In this document: one piece after another, positions 33,570-41,531 of the stretch
Layout of the letters: every line of letters begins with the position of its first letter
How positions within the stretch are numbered: position 1 is the stretch's first letter
Source of the DNA: a virus
Direction: 5' to 3' (one strand)
Length of the DNA: 55,451 nt
Virus record (IMG/VR): IMGVR_UViG_3300045988_024504
Location: 1-55,451 of that record
Notes under the pieces: generated by a model
What the model saw: only the letters and a program-made list of their open reading frames with translations
Told to the model about the DNA's origin: nothing
Databases searched by the model: none
Position numbers and translations under genes: made by a program

Positions 33570-34802
33570 TTATTCTCCAGCTTTGAAATTGTAAATCGGC
33601 TTAATGTGTTTTACAATATCAACTGTTGGGGAGATTGCGTTGATAATTTCCTGCGCTGGCTTATATGCCATCGGGCATTCATCCAATGTGGATTCATCGG
33701 CTGACGTAGTATAAATTCCGTTCATTTGCTTTTGGTATTCCTCAACGCTGAATGCTTTTTTAGCCGCTGTTCTGCTATATAATCTGCCAGCACCATGCGG
33801 AGCAGAGAAATTCCAATCAGGATTGCCCTTGCCAACACAGATAAGGCTTCCGTCTCTCATATTAAGAGGAATAATCAGCTTCTCACCATCTCTAGCAGAT
33901 ACAGAGCCTTTTCGGATAATATCATCCGATTCATCAATATAGTTATGAACGGTTTCAAAGAAGGACGCATAGGTCAGCATAGAATTGATTCCAACACCAT
34001 CTAAAATAGTGTGCATAATTCTCGCTCTGTTCATCCTCGCAAAAGCCTGACAAATTCGCATATCATTAAGGTAAGAATCACGTTCTTCGCCTTCAAGATA
34101 GCAAAGCTCATTCGGAATATCAGGGAACTGAACATCCAATTCTTTGATTTTTTGCGAGATTTCCTGTTCACGGCCTTGCTCTTTCAGTTCTGCAATCAGA
34201 CGTTCCGTAGCTTCTTTTCTTTTGTTCTTTCCTTTAATATTTGAGATAGCTACGTTTTGATGATACTCTGCGACCTGCTTTCCAAGATTTCGGCTTCCAG
34301 TATGGATAACAAGGTACTGGTTTTTTTCTTTATCTTCGTCCAGCTCGATAAAATGATTGCCGCCGCCCAAAGTACCCATGCTGCGAAGAATCCAGTCAAT
34401 ATTATGTAGGCTATCTTTGCATTCAAGCTGGCTAAGGAAAGAATCCGACATTTTCTGCGATTCGTGAACATTCATTCCAGCCGGGACACGTTCTCTGATT
34501 ACTTTGTCTAACTTTTTTGGGTCGATGTGTTCAATTCCAAGTTCAGCGACAAGCATTCCGCAACCAATGTCCACGCCTACAATATTCGGAATGATTTTCT
34601 TGCCCAAGTTTGCCGTAAACCCAATTACGCACCCGGAACCAGCATGAACGTCTGGCATAATGCGAATTTTGCAGCCATCAACAAAGCTCTGATTGCAAAG
34701 CGTCAAAATCTGCTCAGACGCTTTGTCTTCAATATTGTCCGTGAACACCTTTGCGGACGCATATTTTCCATCAATCGTTTTCAATGTATTCTCCTTTCTC
34801 AT
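33570..34802 (-). CDS. rtcB: RtcB RNA 3'-phosphate/5'-OH ligase
   Basis: RIMPDVHAGSGCVIGF...GVDIGCGM...GGGNHFIE...HTGSRNLG...PHGAGR are the RtcB metal and GMP-histidine motifs. An alternative TTG start is at 34784. Confidence 0.9.
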   Translation of the reverse strand: MRKENTLKTIDGKYASAKVFTDNIEDKASEQILTLCNQSFVDGCKIRIMPDVHAGSGCVIGFTANLGKKIIPNIVGVDIGCGMLVAELGIEHIDPKKLDKVIRERVPAGMNVHESQKMSDSFLSQLECKDSLHNIDWILRSMGTLGGGNHFIELDEDKEKNQYLVIHTGSRNLGKQVAEYHQNVAISNIKGKNKRKEATERLIAELKEQGREQEISQKIKELDVQFPDIPNELCYLEGEERDSYLNDMRICQAFARMNRARIMHTILDGVGINSMLTYASFFETVHNYIDESDDIIRKGSVSARDGEKLIIPLNMRDGSLICVGKGNPDWNFSAPHGAGRLYSRTAAKKAFSVEEYQKQMNGIYTTSADESTLDECPMAYKPAQEIINAISPTVDIVKHIKPIYNFKAGE

Positions 34803-34871
34803 TCGGTTTTATTCTAGGTTGCGAACACTTTCACCTGTTCTGTTCAGCAATCCGATACCATGTCTGGCGGG

Positions 34872-35057
34872 TCACATAAATCCGTGCTCCTTTGCGTAAG
34901 CCGTAATATGTGGGAAAATATCTAGCGGTGCGTTGCTATCAACTAACTTCTTTACGGTTTCTTCCATACCGATCTCAAGAATGTATTCTGTAACAGTAGC
35001 TGTCACATTGTCCATAAAATTATTGATTGCCTCCGATTTACAATAACTATTCGCCAT
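34872..35057 (-). CDS. Hypothetical protein, 61 aa
   Basis: ORF-track frame trimmed to the ATG after AAAGGAGAA. Confidence 0.45.
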   Translation of the reverse strand: MANSYCKSEAINNFMDNVTATVTEYILEIGMEETVKKLVDSNAPLDIFPHITAYAKEHGFM

Positions 35058-35150
35058 ATTTATTCTCCTTTGGTGTTGTGTTCTCCCAAAAGAAATGATA
35101 TAATACTTATGTACTATCATCCTGTTGAGGGATTGGTGGTTCTTGTTTGT

Positions 35151-35186
35151 AGCAGCGGCCTGTGGTGGGTCGCTGCTTTTTTATTT
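35151..35186. terminator. Hairpin at the 3' end of the recombinase gene
   Basis: The stem is agcagcg / cgctgct, with a T-run on the plus strand. Confidence 0.35.
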
Positions 35187-35798
35187 TTCTTCTTTGTTGG
35201 CATACTTGCGTGTGGTGGCCGCATCAGTGATGCCATATTTTTCACGATACTTTTTGACCGTACGCCAGAACGTAGCGGACTTCAACCCAAGTTCGTTCAT
35301 CATAATCTTTGGCGTGGTTTTTCCGTTCTGCCAGTCGTTATAGAGCTGCCGAAACTTCTCTTCGTCCACTTCTACAGGTTTTCTGCCTTTATATTTGCCT
35401 TCTGCTTTTGCGATTTCGATTCCCTCCTTCTGCCGTGCCAACATTGTTTCACGTTCCAGTTGTGCCAGAGCTGCAAACACAGTCAGCATAAATTTTCCGT
35501 TAGGCGTAGAAGTGTCGATGTTCTCTTTCTGGCTGACGAACTTGACGTTCTTTTTTTCAAGTTCTTCAACGATTTCCAGAAGGTCTTTCGTGGAACGAGC
35601 CAGACGGCTGAAACTCTCAATCACAAGAGTATCGCCCTCACGAACAAACGCCAGCATCTCTTTCAACTGCGGGCGATCAGTGTTCTTTCCGCTCATTTTA
35701 TCAATGAACACCTTTTCAACGCCAAGCTGCTCCATAATAACTTCCTGACGAGCCGTGTTTTGTCCGGCTGTCGAAACTCTTACATACCCAACTTTCAT
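35181..35798 (-). CDS. Small serine recombinase (resolvase/invertase family), 205 aa
   Basis: MKVGYVRVSTAGQNTARQ contains the catalytic Ser motif, followed by DTLVIESFSRLARS. The C-terminal HTH is TTPKIMMNELGLKSATFWRTVKKY. Confidence 0.9.
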   Translation of the reverse strand: MKVGYVRVSTAGQNTARQEVIMEQLGVEKVFIDKMSGKNTDRPQLKEMLAFVREGDTLVIESFSRLARSTKDLLEIVEELEKKNVKFVSQKENIDTSTPNGKFMLTVFAALAQLERETMLARQKEGIEIAKAEGKYKGRKPVEVDEEKFRQLYNDWQNGKTTPKIMMNELGLKSATFWRTVKKYREKYGITDAATTRKYANKEEK

Positions 35799-35815
35799 TT
35801 TTGCGTCCTCTCTTT

Positions 35816-35870
35816 CTATCACAGATTATATCATATTTTGATAGTACTGTCAATAGAATTTTGATAGTAC
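35816..35870. repeat. Candidate recombinase binding sites (res-like) overlapping the recombinase promoter
   Basis: The 13-bp direct repeat ATTTTGATAGTAC occurs at 35835..35847 and 35858..35870, with CTATCACAG at 35816..35824. The core TATCAAAA resembles Hin/Gin half-sites. Confidence 0.5.
35825..35853 (-). promoter_or_regulatory. Consensus promoter TTGACA-17-TATAAT of the recombinase gene
   Basis: On the minus strand the -35 is at 35848..35853 and the -10 at 35825..35830. Confidence 0.7.
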
Positions 35871-35885
35871 GGAGAACAAAAATAT

Positions 35886-35918
35886 AGCCAGCAGTTAGAG
35901 AACATCTAGCCGCTGGCT
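35886..35918. terminator. Terminator after the secreted-protein gene
   Basis: The stem agccagc / gctggct has A/T runs on both sides. Confidence 0.5.
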
Positions 35919-35925
35919 TTTTATG

Positions 35926-36660
35926 TTACATTTGAATCGCTACGATTTCCCACGAAGAATAATTGGAAAATCCAGAATAGGGGTGAATTTCAAAGTTCTT
36001 CGTCTCTCCCGGTTGGATGTCCAAGACATAATCAATATCTCCGCACACGGGAACTTCTTCACCGTTCTCATCTTTCATCTTATACAGAACGATGACCTTT
36101 GCGTTTGTCTTGTATGCGCTGTTATTAGTCACTTTTCCGGTGAATCTTGTTTCATAACCACTACCACGCTTTGAAGTATTGGTGACAGCCAGTTCTCCGG
36201 ATCTTAAAACTTCTTTTCCAGCACTCGGCTGATAGTTATAGTCCTGAGCCGAAACAGACATTTCGATACCAGCTGGGATAGCTCCGTCATACTCGTATGT
36301 AAAGTATCCAGCATACCAATAAGAATCATTTTCCGCAACCCAGTCCAAATATTCATCGTCTGTTTTGATTACGGAGCCATCCTCTGCAACGACTGCAATT
36401 TCAATATGTGGAAACCATGCTGCAAGATTTTTGTTGGTATTCTCGATTTCAAGAGCATAAGAAATATAAATCGTGCTACCATCACGCCACGCATAAAACC
36501 CATGGTTCTTAATGCCTAACGGTTCATACTGCGTTGCATTTGTCTGCTCAAGTTCAATAAGACCAGACCATTCATCAGGCTTTGCAGTTGCCATTGCGCT
36601 AATAGGCATAGCAAGCATCATAGCCGCTGCTAGAGCCGCCGCAATGATTCTCTTTCTCAT
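35926..36660 (-). CDS. Secreted protein with signal peptide, 244 aa
   Basis: MRKRIIAAALAAAMMLAMPISAMATA is a signal peptide. The beta-rich remainder is not recognised. Confidence 0.7.
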   Translation of the reverse strand: MRKRIIAAALAAAMMLAMPISAMATAKPDEWSGLIELEQTNATQYEPLGIKNHGFYAWRDGSTIYISYALEIENTNKNLAAWFPHIEIAVVAEDGSVIKTDDEYLDWVAENDSYWYAGYFTYEYDGAIPAGIEMSVSAQDYNYQPSAGKEVLRSGELAVTNTSKRGSGYETRFTGKVTNNSAYKTNAKVIVLYKMKDENGEEVPVCGDIDYVLDIQPGETKNFEIHPYSGFSNYSSWEIVAIQM

Positions 36661-36690
36661 TTTTGATTCTTCCTTTCTTTGGCCAGAATT

Positions 36691-36834
36691 TTATATAACG
36701 TTTGAAATACCATGTGCTATAAGATACACACCAAAAGCCAAAAGAGCGGCGCCCACAATGATGATCCATATCGATGCAGCTATCTTTTCGTTCTTTTCGC
36801 GTCTTTCTTTATTCTTGTCATTCTTTTGGTTCAT
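36691..36834 (-). CDS. Small membrane protein, 47 aa
   Basis: Read manually: MNQKNDKNKERREKNEKIAASIWIIIVGAALLAFGVYLIAHGISNVI. AAGGAGGA lies upstream. Confidence 0.45.
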   Translation of the reverse strand: MNQKNDKNKERREKNEKIAASIWIIIVGAALLAFGVYLIAHGISNVI

Positions 36835-36989
36835 TGCATATTCCTCCTTTGTGATACCACAAAGCGATTATAGCACAATCTAGGCTCCGAAAGGGGTCTT
36901 TTTGTATTTTTTGGAATTTTTGGAGACTTGCACAATCAGATGGATGCCGTTTTGTAAAGGTGGGGTGGGTCTTTTTTATTTTTTCGGTG

Positions 36990-37250
36990 GTTGAGAGACT
37001 GACCGGGCGGGGCTGGGCGGCGGCTGTATGCCCCGCCGGTGTACCCTTGCACACTCCAGCGCCCCCGGACGTCCTACACATCACAGGCAGCAGCGCAGGC
37101 CGTGCCAGATGCAGGGCAGACCATGCAAGGCACGACACGCACGCCCGGACGCTGGACACGCTGCACCGGTCTGCACTCGATACCAGACAGACCGCGCCGG
37201 GCAGATCATACCGGCGGCGGATGCTGGATGGCGTTGAGCCCTTCTATTAT
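36990..37250. other. G/C-rich ORF-free block A
   Basis: Only Arg/Pro/Ala-rich spurious frames are present. It shares 10-15-nt blocks with 39086..39700 (cgataccagac, cacgcc(c)ggacgctg, accatgcaag). Confidence 0.6.
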
Positions 37251-37255
37251 GTGCA

Positions 37256-37275
37256 TTGTGATAGCTCTATCACAA
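37256..37275. promoter_or_regulatory. Perfect palindromic operator TTGTGATAG-CT-CTATCACAA
   Basis: The 9-bp arms are perfect. Related half-sites lie at 37306..37315, 37329..37340 and 37373..37379. Confidence 0.6.
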
Positions 37276-37356
37276 GCATGGTATATTGATAGCAATATGA
37301 ACAAATATCACAAGGATATTTGTTGTTTCTTGTGATAGTAAATTGCTATCTATCTA

Positions 37357-37385
37357 TTGACGTATAACCCTATTGATAGTATAAT
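37357..37385 (+). promoter_or_regulatory. Promoter TTGACG-17-TATAAT of the plus-strand cassette
   Basis: The -35 is at 37357..37362 and the -10 at 37380..37385. A TGATAG half-site lies in the spacer. Confidence 0.65.
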
Positions 37386-37438
37386 AAAGGCACAAACAAG
37401 AACAAACCACATTGAACCAAAACAGGAGGACAAAAACC

Positions 37439-38056
37439 ATGAAAAACAATAATATTCTTTTCCTTGAATGCCGCGGCTGCCCGTTCATGAAGGGCGACAA
37501 AATCGCAAAGCTTTCCGACGTTGGTAATTATCGCGTTGGAGTGTATAGCCATAGGATCGAAGCAAAAGACGGAAATAAATACATTCTTGAATTTGGCAGC
37601 TACGACAGAAAAGAAACCAAATACACCAACAGCCGAACCGGAAAGCCCTTGAAACATCCAAAGTGTGAAGTGGTGTTAGAAAATGCCCTGCACATTAGCA
37701 CGGAATACGAAACGCTTGATTCAAAAAATATCGGTTTAGCTTTTGCGAACTGCAAACTTGAAAAACAGATCCACGACAAAAAAGAATATCTTTTCACAAA
37801 GTCCGATATCTTAAAAGCAGTAAACAGCATTAGCAAAAAACAATATAACAAAATTGTGCTAGTATCAAATGAAAGCATTATAGACGCCATTCCAGAAATT
37901 TACAAACTTGGTGGATATCGGGAAAAAAGCATTCTTGACAGTCTTGTTGAAGTAAAAACAGAGCAATACACAAAAGAATATCATGTATATACCTTTATCG
38001 CCGAAAACGGAGACACGTTCAACTATGAAGCACTTAGCAAAAGAATAGTAGGATAA
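37439..38056 (+). CDS. Hypothetical protein, 205 aa (cassette gene 1)
   Basis: AGGAGGA lies 8 nt upstream of the ATG at 37439. The gene is A/T-rich. It has an N-terminal CRGC motif but no recognised domain. Confidence 0.7.
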   Translation: MKNNNILFLECRGCPFMKGDKIAKLSDVGNYRVGVYSHRIEAKDGNKYILEFGSYDRKETKYTNSRTGKPLKHPKCEVVLENALHISTEYETLDSKNIGLAFANCKLEKQIHDKKEYLFTKSDILKAVNSISKKQYNKIVLVSNESIIDAIPEIYKLGGYREKSILDSLVEVKTEQYTKEYHVYTFIAENGDTFNYEALSKRIVG

Positions 38057-38074
38057 AATGGAGGTTCTGAAAAA

Positions 38075-38170
38075 ATGATTACTCTTGATTTTTCCCAGTG
38101 GGCCGCCCTCTGGTACGTGGGCGGCATGATCTCCGGCGCACTCGTTATGATCGCTATTTTAAACAGCTAA
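38075..38170 (+). CDS. 31-aa single-pass membrane peptide (cassette gene 2)
   Basis: Read manually: MITLDFSQWAALWYVGGMISGALVMIAILNS. GGAGG lies 9 nt upstream. Confidence 0.4.
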   Translation: MITLDFSQWAALWYVGGMISGALVMIAILNS

Positions 38171-38187
38171 TAAGGGAGGGCATAAAA

Positions 38188-38451
38188 ATGACAGACTTGG
38201 AGCAAAAGTGCAACGAGTACCGCGAATATAAGCGGCTGGCCGAGCAGGCGGAGCAGATGCGGGACAGCCTGCGGGATGAAATCATTGCCATGATGCAAGG
38301 AGCGCCTGAGGTTGTCGCAGGCGCTTGCAAGGTGATGTATAAGGACGTGCAAAGCGTCCGACTTGACAGCAAGCTTCTCAAGACGCTGCACCCGGATGTA
38401 TACGCAGAGTGTAGCAGCAAAACCAGCTACAAGCGTTTTAGCGTGGTTTGA
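38188..38451 (+). CDS. Hypothetical protein, 87 aa (cassette gene 3)
   Basis: GGGAGGG lies upstream of the ATG at 38188. The N-terminus is a coiled coil. Confidence 0.6.
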   Translation: MTDLEQKCNEYREYKRLAEQAEQMRDSLRDEIIAMMQGAPEVVAGACKVMYKDVQSVRLDSKLLKTLHPDVYAECSSKTSYKRFSVV

Positions 38452-38464
38452 TGGAGGTTTAACG

Positions 38465-38731
38465 ATGATTTACCCCGATAAAGTATATATTCCTGTTGTG
38501 CGTGGGTGCAGCGTGTGGAGCGTCTCAGAGATCGACACGGCAAAAGCCAAAAAGACACCCGGCTATATCGTACCCGGCTATATCCAGTATAACGGCGGTT
38601 TATACAGCGCTGGCAACGTCTTTTTGTCCGCTGCTGATGCGTGGGACTGGATCCACCTTTTTCGCAGCTATCGCGGCAAAGTGTACACCGCCGCCGAGAT
38701 CGGCAGTATCCGGGAGGTAAACACAAAATGA
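38465..38731 (+). CDS. Hypothetical protein, 88 aa (cassette gene 4)
   Basis: GGAGG lies upstream of the ATG at 38465. Confidence 0.6.
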   Translation: MIYPDKVYIPVVRGCSVWSVSEIDTAKAKKTPGYIVPGYIQYNGGLYSAGNVFLSAADAWDWIHLFRSYRGKVYTAAEIGSIREVNTK

Positions 38732-38807
38732 TATTTTCATGTATCCTATTTTTCTTCTGGTTCTTTGCGGCACTGTTCAAAGCGTCCAAGTGAGGAGGAA
38801 ACAAAAA

Positions 38808-39008
38808 ATGACTGAAATTGAATCCCGTGACGGTAGAACGTACTTTTTAAACGGTAGCGGAAAAGTGGAGTACATCACAGGCACAAGCGGCCGGGCCTAT
38901 CCTTATACGTATGACCAAAAATACAACGCATGGACAAACCGCAGCGGCTGCCTGTCTTATAAGTACCTCCGGCGGCTTGAAAATGCCGGAAAACTTTTCT
39001 TCAACTAA
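38808..39008 (+). CDS. Hypothetical protein, 66 aa (cassette gene 5)
   Basis: GAGGAGGA lies upstream of the ATG at 38808. Confidence 0.6.
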   Translation: MTEIESRDGRTYFLNGSGKVEYITGTSGRAYPYTYDQKYNAWTNRSGCLSYKYLRRLENAGKLFFN

Positions 39009-39015
39009 CATCCAC

Positions 39016-39045
39016 CCCCGCCCACGCTGGCGGGGCTTTTCTTTT
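39016..39045 (+). terminator. Rho-independent terminator 1 of the cassette
   Basis: The stem ccccgcc / ggcgggg is followed by CTTTTCTTTT. Confidence 0.8.
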
Positions 39046-39081
39046 GCCTTGCACCTGCTGAGAGTGCAGGGCTTTTATTTT
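39046..39081 (+). terminator. Rho-independent terminator 2 (tandem)
   Basis: A 9-bp stem gccttgcac / gtgcagggc is followed by TTTTATTTT. Confidence 0.8.
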
Positions 39082-39085
39082 GCCC

Positions 39086-39700
39086 TGCTGCAATACAGCC
39101 ACATACAAGCGTTTACAGTGCGTTTTGTTTCCGTCCATGAAGTTATACCACCCACGCCACAAAACAGCACACAGGGCTTTACAGGGGCATTCCATACGAT
39201 TTGGCCTATTCCACCGCCCACGATACCAGACCGGCACAGGCGGCTATAATACCGCCTGCGCTACGCTGGAGCGTATCACAACGCCGTAACACCTCCAGCA
39301 TATACCAGATACAAGCGCCACGCCGGACGCTGTGCAACTCTGCACAGCCGCCCTATTATAATAAGGTATATAAGGGTGCAGCGGTGTGCCCCTGTTATGG
39401 ATCCATGCCAGACAGCGCAGCAGATCGCAAACCATGCAAGCCCGGCGGGGGTCAGCTCCTACCGTCTGCGGATCGCTGGCAAGTGCTGCACCCGGCGCAC
39501 TTGCTAAGGGGTTAGCGTCTCCACCTGTACAGGGGCAGCCCAGCGGCTGGAGTCCTGGCACCGGTCAGCAGTCAGGGTGCACCGGGTCAGCCTGGCGCCC
39601 TCCACCCGGCGGGGCAGTCCAGCGGCAGGGGCGCGGCGGGCGGCGCGGAACCATTGACGACTACCGCCGCATCTCTTTTCGGGCTTTCGCCCGATAACCA
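39086..39700. other. G/C-rich ORF-free block B (about 600 bp), many local hairpins
   Basis: No credible ORF on either strand. Hairpins include caggcgg/ccgcctg, ctgtgca/tgcacag, gcaagtgc/gcacttgc and tcgggc/gcccga. It shares sequence blocks with 36990..37250. Confidence 0.55.
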
Positions 39701-39712
39701 ATAGAGGTCAGC

Positions 39713-39933
39713 AATAGTCGCAGCGTTCCGGCTGGAATAGTCGTAGCCAATAGTCGTAGTTTCTCCGATAAAATAGTCGTGGAATAGTCGTAAAGTCGTC
39801 AGACGACCAGTTTTTGAAAGTCCTATATATCGTATAGTAACGGACAGTACGCTCATAGTCACAGAGCAATAGTCGTAGTGTTTTCTTGCGAATCATCGTC
39901 AAATAGTCGTATATTTTTTGTGTGAAATAGTCG
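39713..39933 (+). repeat. Eight same-orientation AATAGTCG(T) iterons, candidate origin of the RepA_N-type replicon
   Basis: Copies start at 39713, 39736, 39749, 39772, 39783, 39868, 39902 and 39926. Further copies lie at 40276, 41026 and 41108, flanking or inside the rep gene. Confidence 0.8.
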
Positions 39934-40121
39934 TTTGCCTTTTAGAGAAAGAGAGGTGCGATAGTTGCTAAGTCATCCGACCACCTCAAAAATCACTTCT
40001 CGTTCCAATTTCGCATAATATATTCCTCCGCTAGTTATATCCATTTCGTATAATAACCGTACTTATTATAATATACAGATATAGTTACTCCCGATAATCA
40101 CGGATTATTTCGTATAGTAAC
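39830..40121 (+). repeat. Second repeat family TCG(T/C)ATA(A/G)TA.. in an A/T-rich stretch (likely unwinding region)
   Basis: Copies lie at 39830..39841, 40011..40022, 40046..40057 and 40110..40121. Confidence 0.6.
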
Positions 40122-40389
40122 TCGTACCAACCTATTCTGTCTGTTCCTGCTCGATTTAATTCCCAGCAATGCGCTATGGTATTCTAAACAATCCATAGCA
40201 TTCTACTAGGAATAGCAATGCAACATTTCTACATATTTAACCGACCGCAAAATAAAGTCAATTCTCCATCTTTGGAATAGTCGCATACCCTCCGCAAATA
40301 CGAACCTGACGAAAGATGCTGGTCACGGTCTTCTCTTCTGGCTAACGGTATAGCTTTTGGAGATAGAGGGTTATAGGGGGAAAGAACCT

Positions 40390-41094
40390 TTACAAGCGAT
40401 TGAACTCTGGTTCGCTATACTGCTGCTTTTCCTGTTCCTTGTCAATCCACATATCAGCAAAGGCCTTCCAGTTTGTTATAGGCTTTCCGTTCTTGGTCAT
40501 CCAACCTGTTCCCTCATAGTAGTTCATAAACCTGCTGGCAAGCCTGTTCTCACATCCAGCATCCAAAAAATACTCGCTCACATCCTCGAAGTCCGGCGTG
40601 ATGGCGTTCCCATCGGGCGGGTCGCCAGCTTTCTTAATAACTTTTTTTCTTTTCTTTTCTTCTATATTAAGGAGGTGAACGATTGTTCCCCTCACAGGTG
40701 AAGCATCGTTCCCCTCAAAGGTGAATGATTGTTCACCTCGCTTTTCGCTATTTGACGATTCTTTTGGCACTTTGACGTATATCTTATCGGGCTTGTTCTT
40801 CCCTTCACGTTTGCGCTCGATCAACCCGGCTTCTTCCAGCTCTTTCAGAGACTTCTTGACCCATCGCTCCGTGAATCCAGTATCGGTAGCAAGGTCTTTG
40901 ATGGGATACACGATGTATACTCGTCCTAGTTGGTCAGCAAACTTTCCGCTTTTGCTTGCCCTCTGTGACGACCTTGCACGATTGAACAGGTAAACGTAGA
41001 CAATTTTCTCTGTTGGACTAACGTCAATAGTCGAGAGGAATCGAGGGTAGACCATGTACCCATTGACCTTTGTGTCGGCTGTCATGTATTCCAT
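40390..41094 (-). CDS. RepA_N-like replication initiator
   Basis: YMVYPRFLSTIDVSPTEKIVYVYLFNRARSS...GRVYIVYPIKDLATDTGFTERWVKKSLKELEEAGLIERKREGKNKPDKIYV resembles the RepA_N winged-helix N-terminal domain. AGGAGGAG precedes the ATG at 41094. Confidence 0.7.
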   Translation of the reverse strand: MEYMTADTKVNGYMVYPRFLSTIDVSPTEKIVYVYLFNRARSSQRASKSGKFADQLGRVYIVYPIKDLATDTGFTERWVKKSLKELEEAGLIERKREGKNKPDKIYVKVPKESSNSEKRGEQSFTFEGNDASPVRGTIVHLLNIEEKKRKKVIKKAGDPPDGNAITPDFEDVSEYFLDAGCENRLASRFMNYYEGTGWMTKNGKPITNWKAFADMWIDKEQEKQQYSEPEFNRL

Positions 41095-41235
41095 TTTCTC
41101 CTCCTGCAATAGTCGTAGACCTCTACAATGCGCTCACAGCCCCGTAGAGCAGTGCCAGATTTGTTTTCTGTGTTCAGTCGATAAGTTTTTGCTATCTGAC
41201 GCTAAAAGCGTTTGTAGGGCTTCTGTGCGCGTATA

Positions 41236-41262
41236 TGCAAAAGGCTGCCATTGCTGACAGCC
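41236..41262 (-). terminator. Terminator after the lipoprotein gene
   Basis: The stem ggctgtc / ggcagcc is followed by TTTTGC on the minus strand. Confidence 0.55.
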
Positions 41263-41288
41263 CATGCACTTAGATTCCGTATTCGCTT

Positions 41289-41531
41289 TCAATGTCTCAA
41301 GACCACGTTGGACGAATGAACCAGATAGGTCACGCCGTCAATCTTTACTTGCAGCTGGTCGCCCTCGTAATCGTCCCAACTATTCAGCTTGCCCTCAACA
41401 ATCGTTCCATCAGGCATTTTCAGCTGTGCCCACGAGTAGCTATACGTCAGGTCTACCACCTGCTTGTTGCATCCAGTCATCAGCATAATGCCCGCCAGAG
41501 CGGATACACATACGGTCAAAATCTTTTTCAT
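41289..41531 (-). CDS. Small lipoprotein, 80 aa
   Basis: MKKILTVCVSALAGIMLMTGC contains a lipobox. AAAGGAGAA precedes the ATG at 41531. Confidence 0.7.
   Translation of the reverse strand: MKKILTVCVSALAGIMLMTGCNKQVVDLTYSYSWAQLKMPDGTIVEGKLNSWDDYEGDQLQVKIDGVTYLVHSSNVVLRH

Noticed and set aside
35181-35798. The serine recombinase as the phage integrase
   Set aside because: At 205 aa it has only the catalytic domain and a short HTH, which places it in the resolvase/invertase class. It lacks the large C-terminal domain of serine integrases. The plasmid-maintenance genes offer a better explanation, namely multimer resolution.
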